Origin: Bythopirellula sp. | GTDB taxonomy: Bacteria > Planctomycetota > Planctomycetia > Pirellulales > Lacipirellulaceae | NCBI GenBank assembly: GCA_965216565.1 | Contig: OZ244170.1 | Location: 1,440,001 to 1,504,000 of the forward strand | Direction of reading: 5' to 3' | Length of the DNA: 64,000 nt | Part shown: piece by piece, positions 1 through 9,739 of the stretch | Layout of the letters: each line of letters starts with the position of its first letter | Position numbering within the stretch: the stretch's first letter is position 1 | Notes under the pieces: generated by a model | The model's input: the letters and a program-made list of their open reading frames with translations, nothing else | What the model was told of the DNA's origin: nothing | Database searches by the model: none | Made by a program: the position numbers and the translations under genes

Positions 1-235
1 ACTGCGTTTGGGAGATGTTGAGTGTCCATTCTTTGAGGTAGGTTTCTTTCATCTCTTGTCTGCTTTGTCGTTTCTGCATTCGAACGGTGTGCAGCTGGCC
101 AGATGTATATTTGCCAACAGACAAATAAGAGCAGCATGCAAACAATCTGTGAGAGCCTTAACATGGCTTTGACCTAGAAGAATGGATTCCCTACGCAAGC
201 AACAACATTCTACCGGCGAGAGTATTCGTCGTCGA

Positions 236-1564
236 CTAACCACGAGTCGGGTCGCTGCCGTCCGTCAAGGGCTGCCGTGCGATAGAGTCTGAAAGCTTGA
301 CGAACAGCAAACTTGTCATCAATCCAATTACAGAGAACACCGCGACCACGAAGAAAACATGACGATGACCAACAGCTCCCGGTGAGCTGTCTAGCAAATG
401 GCCAATCAACGGTCCCATGAATATGTCCGGGGTATAGCCTATGACAGAAACAAGACCGACGGCACTGCCTGTGTAGGCCAGTGGCACTTGCCCCTCTTCC
501 ATGATGGCGTAGTAGAGCCCTCGCAGAGCAAAAATTCCTAAGCTGGCACAGACGATGGTAAGAATGTAGGGGACATACATCGAGGCAGACAGGACACTTG
601 TTGCCAGGACCGAACTTCCCGCAATAAGCAGAGCAAAACTGACTGCGGTCATTTTCCCAGCACCGAATCGGTCGGCCAGAAAACCGGCAGCGATTGCCGC
701 TAGAGGACGCATCCACAGAGAATACGTGCCGACTCTTGCAGCTTCAACTTCATTGACCAGCAAGACCTCTTTAGCATAGAGCGAGAAATCATCGGTCGCT
801 TTGAAGCCAACATAGGCACAAATAATGATGATTGCCTGCAGCCAGACGGTCGGCATCGTCAGAATCTTCCATGAGCCAACGAATGTCCAGCCAGGAATGT
901 TGGATGATTCTCTGGTAGTTTGTTTCGGTAGAAGTAGCCAGATGGATATTGCTGCGAGGAAAGTTATGCTTGCAAGAATAAAAACCACTTGTTGCAAAGC
1001 TTGCGTTCTAACTTCCAAAGAGGCTGATTCAACGTTATCAGGCAACAAACTTGCATAGAGGGCTACCATGAGAGAGCCAGTAACCGCTGTGAGCAAGCCC
1101 CGACCGCCATCAAGTAGGCCGAATGCGGAACCCTGAGCTAGTTTGCCACCCCACTGTCTAGTTGCTCGAATCAAAGCCGCCCAAAAAAGAGCAATGGTCG
1201 TGAATCCCCAGTAGGCATAGAGCATCTTGAGTTCGGTATGTGAGGGACTCTTACAAAGTACTATTCCTCCAAGCGATGTAGTGACCAAGGCTGTCGAAAG
1301 TAGCTTACGCGGACAGAAGTAATCGGCCAGAGGTCCTCCCAAAGCGTAAGCCACCATCGCAACGACACCATACCATGCAAATGCGGTCCCAATTTCGTAG
1401 TTGGTGAGCCCGAAAACTTCTAAAATGGTCGGGCGGAATACACGAGGCAGGACGAACGGCAGGAAGAATATCGATTCACCAGCGACAATCAACGCGAACA
1501 ACGCCAAGGCACGACGGGATTGAGACAGCTGTGCGAATTCGTTCTGGCTGTCTGCAGCACTCAA
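236..1564 (-). CDS. MFS transporter
   Basis: 442 aa, about 12 hydrophobic segments, MFS motif-A-like GGPLADYFCPRK and GFLADRFGAGK; start overlaps the stop of the upstream methyltransferase. Confidence 0.9.
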   Translation of the reverse strand: MSAADSQNEFAQLSQSRRALALFALIVAGESIFFLPFVLPRVFRPTILEVFGLTNYEIGTAFAWYGVVAMVAYALGGPLADYFCPRKLLSTALVTTSLGGIVLCKSPSHTELKMLYAYWGFTTIALFWAALIRATRQWGGKLAQGSAFGLLDGGRGLLTAVTGSLMVALYASLLPDNVESASLEVRTQALQQVVFILASITFLAAISIWLLLPKQTTRESSNIPGWTFVGSWKILTMPTVWLQAIIIICAYVGFKATDDFSLYAKEVLLVNEVEAARVGTYSLWMRPLAAIAAGFLADRFGAGKMTAVSFALLIAGSSVLATSVLSASMYVPYILTIVCASLGIFALRGLYYAIMEEGQVPLAYTGSAVGLVSVIGYTPDIFMGPLIGHLLDSSPGAVGHRHVFFVVAVFSVIGLMTSLLFVKLSDSIARQPLTDGSDPTRG

Positions 1565-2340
1565 TCGACTACCCCGATTGACTCCAGGAAGTCGAGAGGA
1601 ATCGAAGCCGTCAATCTTCCTACCAACGCGAAATACTTAAGTGGGACCCCCTCCATGGAGAGACGATGGGTGTAACGTTCCAATTGGTAAACGTCTAAGT
1701 ATTCTGAAAAAATCAGCTCACGAACAAAGCGAGAGAAACCCGTATCGTCGGAATGGTCCAGGAACGTTTCCTTGATATTGAAGGCTACCCAGCCGTCTGT
1801 GCGAAGAAACTTCAGAGCCGTAAAGAAAGCTCTTGGCGGAATATCGCCGAATCCGAGTGCAGCTACTGAAGTGAGGCAATCGAAACGCCATTCCTCTAAT
1901 TCTTCACGACGCTCATTACTCAAGTTTGTAAAGTCGGCAACGACATAGTCATCGTAAGCCGTAGGGCGGTCGCGATGCGCAGCGTCTCGGGCTTCCGAGA
2001 GAATGTCGGCTCCGATAATCCTGGCGACCCCCATACTGCGGAGACGGTCGGCCATCATGCCGTTCCCGGCTCCGAGGTCGAGCACTCGCAACTCGGTGCA
2101 ATTGACCCATTCAGAAGTCAGGCTGTCCTGCAACAACTCCGAAACTTTTTTTGGAGAGGTACATTTGAGCCGTTCGTAGAAAAGCTGTTCGTAGAGACCA
2201 GGCTTAGAAAAGATGCGGTCATAATCATGAAAGAGGATTTTTCGTGCTGAGCCGTCCTCAATCAAAATAAAGTAGGCCTCATCCTGCTCAAGGTCATGTT
2301 CTTGCTCAGGTGGAAATTGAATTCGGTATCTGGAAGGCAT
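1561..2340 (-). CDS. Class I SAM-dependent methyltransferase
   Basis: Motif I VLDLGAGNG, acidic motif II GADIL, VVADFT, FDCLTSVAALGFG. Confidence 0.85.
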   Translation of the reverse strand: MPSRYRIQFPPEQEHDLEQDEAYFILIEDGSARKILFHDYDRIFSKPGLYEQLFYERLKCTSPKKVSELLQDSLTSEWVNCTELRVLDLGAGNGMMADRLRSMGVARIIGADILSEARDAAHRDRPTAYDDYVVADFTNLSNERREELEEWRFDCLTSVAALGFGDIPPRAFFTALKFLRTDGWVAFNIKETFLDHSDDTGFSRFVRELIFSEYLDVYQLERYTHRLSMEGVPLKYFALVGRLTASIPLDFLESIGVVD

Positions 2341-2807
2341 GGGTTCCTATAACGACGTGGGAGGAGTTGCTGAAATCTCCACGACGCGGCAGGCGAATCC
2401 TTTGCTGAACAAAATCGCTTGGCCACTCGCGGTGAAAACCATCATTATGCAAATAATCGTCGTGTTTTGTAGTGCTGCTAGATACTCGAATAACGTAGGG
2501 TAAGTTGAATGTGAAGCAAGCATCGAAAAAATAAGACCTCAGCAACTCGAAGAAAGAACTGCGGACGATGAGACGAAGAACGGTTGCAGACACTGACAGT
2601 GTTTCGCCTTGTTGCTTGCCGGTGTCTATTGCGTCGTAATCAGCTGAAAGGACATCATTGGAGCTCGCACCGGTTGTTCCGGCCCGAGGCTAGAAACGGC
2701 GAAGTGCTTCGTGCAGCCGGCTGAGCATATCGACGCGAGATCAGGTGCCGTTTCCAGTTGTCGGCTGATAAATCGCTGTTGATTCAAGAGTACAGAATCC
2801 AGCGTCG

Positions 2808-2838
2808 GTGGGTTTCACGAATGGCACTAACTTAAGCA
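2808..2838. repeat. Left target-site duplication (GTGGGTTTCAC, 2808-2818) plus left TIR (GAATGGCACTAACTTAAGCA, 2819-2838)
   Basis: TIR is the exact reverse complement of 4800-4819; TSD is identical to 4820-4830. Confidence 0.95.
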
Positions 2839-3035
2839 GCTCGATTTTCGGAGGCCAGTTCTGTGGGGTTGTTCATTGGATGACAGCATCTATCAGTTTG
2901 CTGCTGAATGACTCGTGTGGCGTACTTTTCAGCCACTCCGTACGTTGACAAGTAGAAGACCTGGGCTGATCTCGCAATTATGCGCGCACCGATGTCGTGA
3001 ATTACGACTAAGATTTGCCGTTTGACACCAATGCT

Positions 3036-4403
3036 TTAGAACCAGCGTGAGCGGTTCTTCTTCATCTTGGCGATATTTCGAGGTTGCATCAGCATGGCCG
3101 ATTTTCTAGCGTTCCGTTTGCGGGCGCGCGGTTCCCAGCGCCCGGGACGGTTGCCGACACGATGGTAGGCGATAGTCGTAAGCATCGCATCAAGGAGCGA
3201 TACTCGCTGCTCTGGTCTGGCAGCCTCTAGCTTGGGCGCGAAGGCCGTCACTGCTTGCTTCGTTCCCTTGAAACTCAGCTGACGCGGCTCGATGTCGCTT
3301 TGCTCGGCAGCAACAGCCATCACCGTGCGAAGCAGATTGTACGCCAACAAGTGTGCCCACAGTTCTTTGCGAATCATGTCGGGTGTCTTGCAGCGCAGGA
3401 TGTCCATCTGCATCGAGATTTTAATCGAGCGCAGATCGACTTCTCCTGCCCACCTCCGATCATAGAGATCACCGATTTGTTTACCATCGATCGATTTGGC
3501 GAGAATCGTAGTCACAACTTTAAATGACTCCGAGCGACTATTCTCCGATGGGTCCACCGTCACTTGCCGCATGACGATTGTTTTTGGGTAGTGGCGATAC
3601 TCTTCTTTCGTCATGTCGTGAGGCCTAGTGGGCCGAGGCCAAACGATGAGATCACCATCCGGCGTGCTCTCTAAAGTTTGTATGCCCACGCGCTCGTATT
3701 GGGCATGGGCTACGAGGTCGATGCCACCTTGGCACAGATCCCACGCGAGATAATAGTCGTCGAACAAGGCATCAGCGAGCAGCACATCCCCCGGTTGGAG
3801 CTTGTCGAACATCTTGCGGAGTAGGCTTTTTTCGCCCGTCCCTTTACCGCGGTAAGCGGCGACTCCCAAATCGTGACACGCACCGGTTGCCAGTGACAAC
3901 AAGACCGTGATGCGAGCCAGTGGAAACCCGAGTCCCGGTTTCTGAGTACGCGGCTGCGGATATTCCGCTTGGTTCTCGGCAGTGTCCGGCATTGAAACGT
4001 GAGAACCGTCGACAATGTACACCGAGCGGCCATTCCACTTCCACGGATCGGGCACCGACTGCTGCAGCTCCTCGGCGGTTCGCTTCGCCAAAATAGAGAG
4101 AACCTCACCAGGAAGGCGACTTCTGGCTTTGCAATAACTGGCCGTGTTGGGTGAACAAACGGTTTCACCACAAGCTGCACGGTGTGCAATGACTTGCGAC
4201 ACGGCATCGCGACAACTGTGGTCTTCGCTGAGCACTTGGCTCAAGAATCCCCAGATCGTTGTCACCGGATTGAACATGCGGTCTCGATATTCGACCCCTT
4301 GTTGCTGAAGCACTTCTCGGATGTTCGCCTCAGTCAGAGTATCGGTGAACGGAAGACCCTCGTTGCATGCAAAGCGCGCACGTACCTCTTCTAAGCTCGG
4401 CAT
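3036..4403 (-). CDS. IS4-family DDE transposase
   Basis: IVDGS (D1), LLADALF (D2), Y-DR-R-WAG-E-VDLRSI-K = YREK signature of IS4; the ORF is open to 4460 and the start choice is uncertain. Confidence 0.93.
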   Translation of the reverse strand: MPSLEEVRARFACNEGLPFTDTLTEANIREVLQQQGVEYRDRMFNPVTTIWGFLSQVLSEDHSCRDAVSQVIAHRAACGETVCSPNTASYCKARSRLPGEVLSILAKRTAEELQQSVPDPWKWNGRSVYIVDGSHVSMPDTAENQAEYPQPRTQKPGLGFPLARITVLLSLATGACHDLGVAAYRGKGTGEKSLLRKMFDKLQPGDVLLADALFDDYYLAWDLCQGGIDLVAHAQYERVGIQTLESTPDGDLIVWPRPTRPHDMTKEEYRHYPKTIVMRQVTVDPSENSRSESFKVVTTILAKSIDGKQIGDLYDRRWAGEVDLRSIKISMQMDILRCKTPDMIRKELWAHLLAYNLLRTVMAVAAEQSDIEPRQLSFKGTKQAVTAFAPKLEAARPEQRVSLLDAMLTTIAYHRVGNRPGRWEPRARKRNARKSAMLMQPRNIAKMKKNRSRWF

Positions 4404-4573
4404 GGGAATCGCCTGTGTTGGAAAAACGGCTCCAGCCGCCTCAATGCAGGCGGTTCCCATGCGCTAGGCGAAGCATTGTCATGTGGTTGGTTACTGCAAC
4501 CAAACCTTACTGTCACTCGTTACGTAGACTAATTGTGAAATGGTTCGTTGAACTTCAAGGCACGGAGGAAATC

Positions 4574-4789
4574 ATGCCAGCAGAAAATGTGATGAACAAC
4601 ATTCGCAGCGCCTTTGAACACTCAGGATTAACGCTCACCCAGCTGGGCCAGGGCTTGGGCTACGAAGGCCCAACCGCAAAGAAAAGAGCGTGGAATCTGC
4701 TCTATCGCACAGCGAATCCCAGGATCTCAACCGTGATCACTGTCGCCGATACGCTGGGAGTCAAAATAAGTAAGCTAACCAAGCAGTGA
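4574..4789 (+). CDS. XRE/Cro-C1 helix-turn-helix protein (IS passenger)
   Basis: GGAGG RBS at 4564-4568; IRSAFEHSGLTLTQLGQGLG...NPRISTVITVADTLGVKISKL is a typical HTH_3 pattern; lies inside the TIRs. Confidence 0.85.
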   Translation: MPAENVMNNIRSAFEHSGLTLTQLGQGLGYEGPTAKKRAWNLLYRTANPRISTVITVADTLGVKISKLTKQ

Positions 4790-4799
4790 TGCACAGGAA

Positions 4800-4830
4800 T
4801 GCTTAAGTTAGTGCCATTCGTGGGTTTCAC
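4800..4830. repeat. Right TIR (4800-4819) plus right target-site duplication (4820-4830)
   Basis: TGCTTAAGTTAGTGCCATTC followed by GTGGGTTTCAC. Confidence 0.95.
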
Positions 4831-5176
4831 CGACGCTGGAAAGTGGTCCGTTAGTTTACCCCCCAATTCAACCTGCAACGCCAATTAACAGGCATTCCTG
4901 CGCTAGTTCATGGTGTCAATTCGATGGCAGGGTCCCACCTCCAAAATCGAACACGAAAGCAGCCTGCGAATCTGACGACATCATCAATAATCGAACGATC
5001 GTGACACAACGGTCATCAAAATCCGATGCATCAGCAGACAAGCCAGTCCCTCGACTACCACAGCTTTCTCATCCTAATCACCACCATCAAGCTGACCAAC
5101 CACGCCGTCTCAGCAGGATAAGCTGCAGCCACGGCACCAGCTAGCAAGAAGTAGAACAGGAACATTGGTACGTACA

Positions 5177-5860
5177 TCAGGCGGCCTCCTTGCTATTTGA
5201 TCCGATAGCCGGCTCTCCAAATGGCTTTACGATCTTTCGCCGCAGCCGCAAAGCAGAATGGGGCACTGGCTCATACCCGATCCGAGTCCGAGCATCGTTT
5301 ACGACGCGGAGCAGCTTCAGCAGTTGCCTCCGCACCGGAGCATATCGAGAATATGGCACACGGGCAAAGTCGATCGCTAAATTTTCAACACTACGATGGC
5401 AAGCGCGTTCTAGGAAAAACGCTTTGAGGTCGCGGTAGGTTTCAACATCGATTCTGACACTGGCATGCCACTTAGGTGGCCCACCCCCCGTTGGCATCAC
5501 TCCGCTACGCCGGTAGCTGATCGAGTAACCTTCAAATCGAATCGGCACGCGGCGGCAATCGCGAATCTGATTCCGCTCTTGTTGCTTGAACCGATGATGC
5601 CCCTCGGTCGCCATGATGACAAACCAGTTTTCATAGCGGATATATTGTAGGTTTGCGATACCTCGCCGCTTGCGGCGTGACCGCTCGCGATCACTGATCG
5701 CAATGCCATACTTCTCGATGAGCTTCGAATCAATCGCCTGAGGATTCTTACCAGGCTTGATCCGGCCCGAAACATAAAACCAGTACCCGTGACGCAAGTA
5801 ACTGACGGCCACTTGCTGCACGAGTCCTTCAGGGGATGTTGCGATGCACCGATACTGCAT
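5177..5860 (-). CDS. Hypothetical basic protein (mobile-element associated, possibly nucleic-acid binding)
   Basis: 227 aa, Arg/aromatic rich (GYWFYVSG, RERSRRKRRG), GGAGG-type RBS upstream; no family assigned. Confidence 0.75.
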   Translation of the reverse strand: MQYRCIATSPEGLVQQVAVSYLRHGYWFYVSGRIKPGKNPQAIDSKLIEKYGIAISDRERSRRKRRGIANLQYIRYENWFVIMATEGHHRFKQQERNQIRDCRRVPIRFEGYSISYRRSGVMPTGGGPPKWHASVRIDVETYRDLKAFFLERACHRSVENLAIDFARVPYSRYAPVRRQLLKLLRVVNDARTRIGYEPVPHSALRLRRKIVKPFGEPAIGSNSKEAA

Positions 5861-7597
5861 GGGCCTCCGCTTCGTTTATTCGCTTACAAAATGGTGTGGG
5901 GTTAGGTTTCGGCCAACCCCACAAAAGCCGTTCCTCGCGGAAAATCCTTGCTGGCAAGAAGCAAGCTCTCAGAGCCGGCACGCAGCAACCAGACAAAGGT
6001 CGCCTACGTGCAAGCATGCTGAGCATCGCTTCTGTTGGCGGGCACTAAAGCGTGTATGCGTCACTAGTTTCCTCAGTGACCACGCCCAATACATAGTGCC
6101 CGCACGATAAAACCTTCGCCGGACGCGTCACCGTGCAGAAAACGCACGGGTAGCGTCCGTCGTCAGTCTGCCGCCAGAAGTGGCTGCTCTTCCAAGAAGC
6201 CACCTCTAGCCGCATGCTGCCAGCCAGGTTGACCGAAACGCACAAAAACGTCTCGGCCGCACATCTCTTGACGGGGCCTTCGATTGCAAATCGCAATCTG
6301 GCTACCCCTCAGTCCTTTCGTTCCAGCTCGCTGAAGCATCACCTTCAGGTCAACACTGACGGGCCGCGACTGCCTTGCCGCGCACGGTGAGAACACCATG
6401 TCTGAACCTTCGCCCAGATCACCGCGAGAGCTTCCGCTCTCGTATCTAATCAGACCACTCTCCCCCACAACGGCGTTTGGCGGCGTCGCCGCTACTTCTA
6501 CCTTGTTGACCAAACAAGGCGCCGGGTCGCCAAACCCGGAGGCCGCTGTGGTTCCTGCGTTAGCATCGGTCTTCAACTCTGAGGTCACGTCGCTAGGGCG
6601 GGTTAGCGCCCGATCCATGTGGGTAGGTGCGGCCTTCCGGCACGTCCTACTTTCCCGACCAACTTGGTCGGATTTCCCCCTACGAAACTAGAAGCTCGGG
6701 GTAACGCTCCCACACAGACGTTCGCGGTTCGGCTACGTCTCCTCAGAATCTTACTGGCAAGCCCTCTCTTACCTTTTCGATTGGGCCTTTCATGGTTGAG
6801 CTTTTCACGGTCGGGCATTTAACCCGATCCCCGGAGTAGTCAACTCCGGTTTGGCCTGTCGCCAGGCTCAAAACTCCCCACGCCAGCCGCGTTGAACGAA
6901 CTCGCTTGCGCAAGCCCGGACCCCACGGGCGGGATTTTCACCCACTTTGGTTGCCGATCGTTCGGCAACGAGGCGGTCGATTGCTCGACTCACCTCACCG
7001 ACACGGCCTTGTTCGTTCGATTTTAGAGAACGAAGGCAAGGTTTTTCCGCATCGCCCAACTTCGTTGTCTGTCGCCTCGCGTGGAGGCCAGACCCTGCAT
7101 TTCCATTCCCGCGATACTGCGTGCGGGTAGGTCAGCATCTATTGGATAGAACGTCGGGATTGTTCCTTGACCGCATCACTTCTCTCTTACAACGAGAGCT
7201 TGCGACGCGCGGGTTTTACTCCGACGAGCCTCCATTGAACTGAGCGAGCCACTCTCATGGCACTCAGCTCGAAGGGTCAGCATGAGCGTTTGGCAACGCC
7301 AGGGAGTTGGCAACTCCCGGCCCTTATCCTCGATTGATGAGATCGAGATTCCTGGGCCTGCTGTCCCCATCAAGAGACATCAGCTCGCCCTCGTTATTCA
7401 CAGCTTTATGATTGACCGCGTCTTTCGAGGGCTGCGTTGTGCATGAGCTAACGACCGCCGGTCAAACTGCGACCGACGAGTCAGCTATAGCGTACAACAT
7501 CCATCAAGATCAATCAGTGATTCGCTCAGAAATCGCTCAGCATCTCTGCCTGGATATCCGCCTCCTCCTAACCCTCCTATGCGGACTAAAGGACCAC

Positions 7598-7733
7598 TCT
7601 CTCGACACACCCTGATGGTGTCACGCGGTTCAAGGGCCGGCCGTCGTGTCCCCTGCTGGGGACGGCCTGCTGCTTTGCCTACGGCAAAGACTTCCCCTTG
7701 ACCTCGCGTGCCTGGTGACCATCGGGGTCGAGA
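7598..7733. other. Nested multi-hairpin element upstream of DUF6876 (ssi/Frpo-like candidate)
   Basis: Stems CACGCG/CGCGTG (7622-27/7705-10), TCAAGGG/CCCTTGA (7630-36/7695-7701), GGCCGTC/GACGGCC (7639-45/7661-67), CTTTGCC-TAC-GGCAAAG (7673-89), plus an imperfect outer stem. Confidence 0.6.
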
Positions 7734-7778
7734 CAGCGGCTCCACTTCTTATCAAAGTCATATCGGGAGAAAACCACG

Positions 7779-8186
7779 ATGACAAATACCATCAAACAAC
7801 TATCGAACCATGATTTAGCTCAGTTTCACGGCGATCAACTGAGGTATCGTCATACTTTGAATCGGCGTGTGATCTACACGCCGGGCGTACAATATCTAGC
7901 AGAAGCTGGAAGCGCCTACTGGTTGATCGACGCCATTGCTTCCTACCTAACTCCCGGGGGCCTGTGCGACGCTATTCGTCACGACGAACGTATTGCTGAC
8001 TTGCACTTCTGGAGCCTAACGGTGCGTGAGGATCGCAGTGCGCTGCTCGAAGCAAAGGCGGATAGCCCCTGCAAAGCGTTTATCACGCAAGTGATTCCGT
8101 ACACCGACTTCCCACTCGATTCCGTAAACGTTTGGGCTGGTTACGATGGACGGATTTGGACTCTCTATTTGCCAAGTGAGCACTGA
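7779..8186 (+). CDS. DUF6876-like protein
   Basis: LAQFHG...YRH...IYTPGVQYLAE...AYWLIDAIAS...IPYTDFPL...LYLPSEH pattern; GGGAG RBS. Confidence 0.8.
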   Translation: MTNTIKQLSNHDLAQFHGDQLRYRHTLNRRVIYTPGVQYLAEAGSAYWLIDAIASYLTPGGLCDAIRHDERIADLHFWSLTVREDRSALLEAKADSPCKAFITQVIPYTDFPLDSVNVWAGYDGRIWTLYLPSEH

Positions 8187-8194
8187 GGCTCATC

Positions 8195-8220
8195 AGTCGC
8201 CGCCTGCGGGTGGCGACTTT
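8195..8220 (+). terminator. Putative intrinsic terminator
   Basis: AGTCGCCGCC-TGCG-GGTGGCGACT stem followed by a short T run, directly after the stop. Confidence 0.55.
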
Positions 8221-8305
8221 CCCGCAAGCCATTTGCGGTTTCTCGATGGATGTGATAATCCACTCCTCAACAAGCTAATTGATTAAAGTGATGGAGGAAT
8301 CAGCC

Positions 8306-8641
8306 ATGAGCCAAACCAAGAAAGAGACCGAGCAATCGACCGACAAGAAGAACCCAACAAACAAGAGTCCGATCAAAGTAATTCGTTGCGGAGCTATCGC
8401 AGCGAGTATCTGGAAGCGGCAAACCTCAACTGGATTTGAGTACCTCGACTACTCAATTAGTCGAAGCTGGAAGCTCAAGAGCGGAGAACGCGAAGGCTAT
8501 TCGCAAAACTTCTTTGAGGGCAACGAAGAAGCCCTATTTGAGGTTGTGAATCTTGCCAGCCGGTACATACGCGAGCAACAGATGAGCAATGAACAGCAAT
8601 CAACTCCAACCGCAGACGACTCCGAAAGGCTAGCTGCGTAG
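8306..8641 (+). CDS. Small hypothetical protein, putative ssDNA-binding (paralogue of 29242-29478)
   Basis: GGAGGA RBS; PIKVIRCGAIAASIW...YSISRSWK...SQNF aligns by eye with PTHEVRFGLIKATVW...VTISRLYR...SQNF. Confidence 0.7.
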   Translation: MSQTKKETEQSTDKKNPTNKSPIKVIRCGAIAASIWKRQTSTGFEYLDYSISRSWKLKSGEREGYSQNFFEGNEEALFEVVNLASRYIREQQMSNEQQSTPTADDSERLAA

Positions 8642-8725
8642 GTGGACCTCGCGACCATGATTTCGACTGCCAGGGGTGGACCTCGCGGGATATCCGCCAT
8701 CACCCGAGGTGGACCTCGCGACCAT
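8640..8725. repeat. Three direct repeats GGTGGACCTCGCG (iteron-like)
   Basis: Copies at 8641-8653, 8675-8687 and 8708-8720 (period 34/33 bp); copies 1 and 3 share 19 bp AGGTGGACCTCGCGACCAT; AT-rich stretch follows. Confidence 0.8.
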
Positions 8726-9052
8726 CCCTTGGCAGTCACTTTTGAAAGAGTTTATTCCAACTGGCTAGAAAGCTTGATGATTTTCAGCGGGTAGAAGAGC
8801 TGATCGACATTCCTTCAAAGGATCCGTTTCAAAAGTACCGTAAAAGCAAATAGGGTTCGCCTAAGATGGGTTGTTTTTTGGTCAGGGTTCGCAGCTACCT
8901 CCCCCCGCCTTTATCGACGGGCCACAACCGGCCTCTGGTCGTCTTCACTTGCAAGAAGCGCGCCAGGCTCCCTGCCACCGCCTCCGCACACCCGCCTGTC
9001 ACGTTTCGTGCAGCGCTACGTCTCCCGGCGGCCGGCTGAGTCCCGGCACTTT

Positions 9053-9110
9053 GTCTTCGTCACTGGGAAGGCCTCCAAAATTTGTGAGAGGCCTCCCCAG
9101 CGACGAAGAC
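9053..9110. other. 23-bp imperfect inverted repeat (hairpin)
   Basis: GTCTTCGTCACTGGGAAGGCCTC / GAGGCCTCCCCAGCGACGAAGAC, 2 mismatches, 12-nt AT-rich loop. Confidence 0.75.
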
Positions 9111-9175
9111 GTGCTGTGGTGGTCAGAGAAAAACAATCGCTGGCGGAAGGTGCCGCCACAACGGAGTACTCAGAT

Positions 9176-9697
9176 ATGACTAAAGAACGTCCCATACAAA
9201 TCGAAGCGGCAAAAGACGCAATCAAAGCCTACAAGCAATCGATTGGACAGCATGACGGTGGACTCGAACTGGCCATCGACTTGTTAGCCGACCTGCGTCA
9301 CTTGCTGGAGCGAGAAGGTGCCGATGTTGATCAACTTTTTGCGACCGCAGAGTCGCATCATCAAGAGGAACGGGAGTGCAACTACAGTGGATGGACCAAT
9401 CAAGAAACTTTTACGGTAAGCCTCTGGTTTAATAACGCGGAGAACTCTTATCGGTACTGGAAGGAGCAGGCCGCCAAACAGCGTTTAGCAGCACCGCAGC
9501 GCAAGCAGGTCATAGAAGGGATTTGGTCTGAGCCCAGCGCAGCAAAGCTCTACCTGGCCGATCAAATGCAAGAAGACGTTTCAGAGGCAAATCCCCTAGA
9601 AACGGGGTCAGTTTATTCGGAGCTGCTAGTAAATGCCCTTCGTGCAGTCGAATGGACTGAAATCGCTCAAGACTTTATCGAGCTTCTGGAAGAATAA
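9176..9697 (+). CDS. Hypothetical protein (phage/plasmid-type, YxGWTNxET motif)
   Basis: GGAG RBS before ATG 9176; N-terminal IDLLADLRH helix and C-terminal YSGWTNQETFTVSLW domain. Confidence 0.7.
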   Translation: MTKERPIQIEAAKDAIKAYKQSIGQHDGGLELAIDLLADLRHLLEREGADVDQLFATAESHHQEERECNYSGWTNQETFTVSLWFNNAENSYRYWKEQAAKQRLAAPQRKQVIEGIWSEPSAAKLYLADQMQEDVSEANPLETGSVYSELLVNALRAVEWTEIAQDFIELLEE

Positions 9698-9703
9698 TGG
9701 TTG

Positions 9704-9736
9704 TTGCTGGGTAAGCTCATTCGGCTTGCCCAGCAA
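9704..9736. terminator. Putative bidirectional terminator between convergent genes
   Basis: TTGCTGGGTAAGC-7nt-GCTTGCCCAGCAA between the stops at 9697 and 9740. Confidence 0.65.
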
Positions 9737-9739
9737 ACG

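Larger units (their letters stand above)
2819..4819 (-). mobile_element. Complete IS4-family insertion sequence (2001 bp) with an XRE-HTH passenger gene
   Basis: Perfect 20-bp terminal inverted repeats, flanking 11-bp direct repeats, intact DDE transposase. Confidence 0.95.

Noticed and set aside
1..29. Partial minus-strand CDS start (MDTQHLPNA)
   Set aside because: Too little sequence to support a call
6045..7615. Several 60-150 aa ORFs
   Set aside because: No motifs, atypical composition, mutually overlapping; the region is better explained as structured non-coding DNA
8640..8725. CRISPR array (prompted by the Cas4-like gene)
   Set aside because: Only three 13-19 bp non-palindromic repeats with about 20-bp gaps; no cas1/cas2 and no array elsewhere in the window
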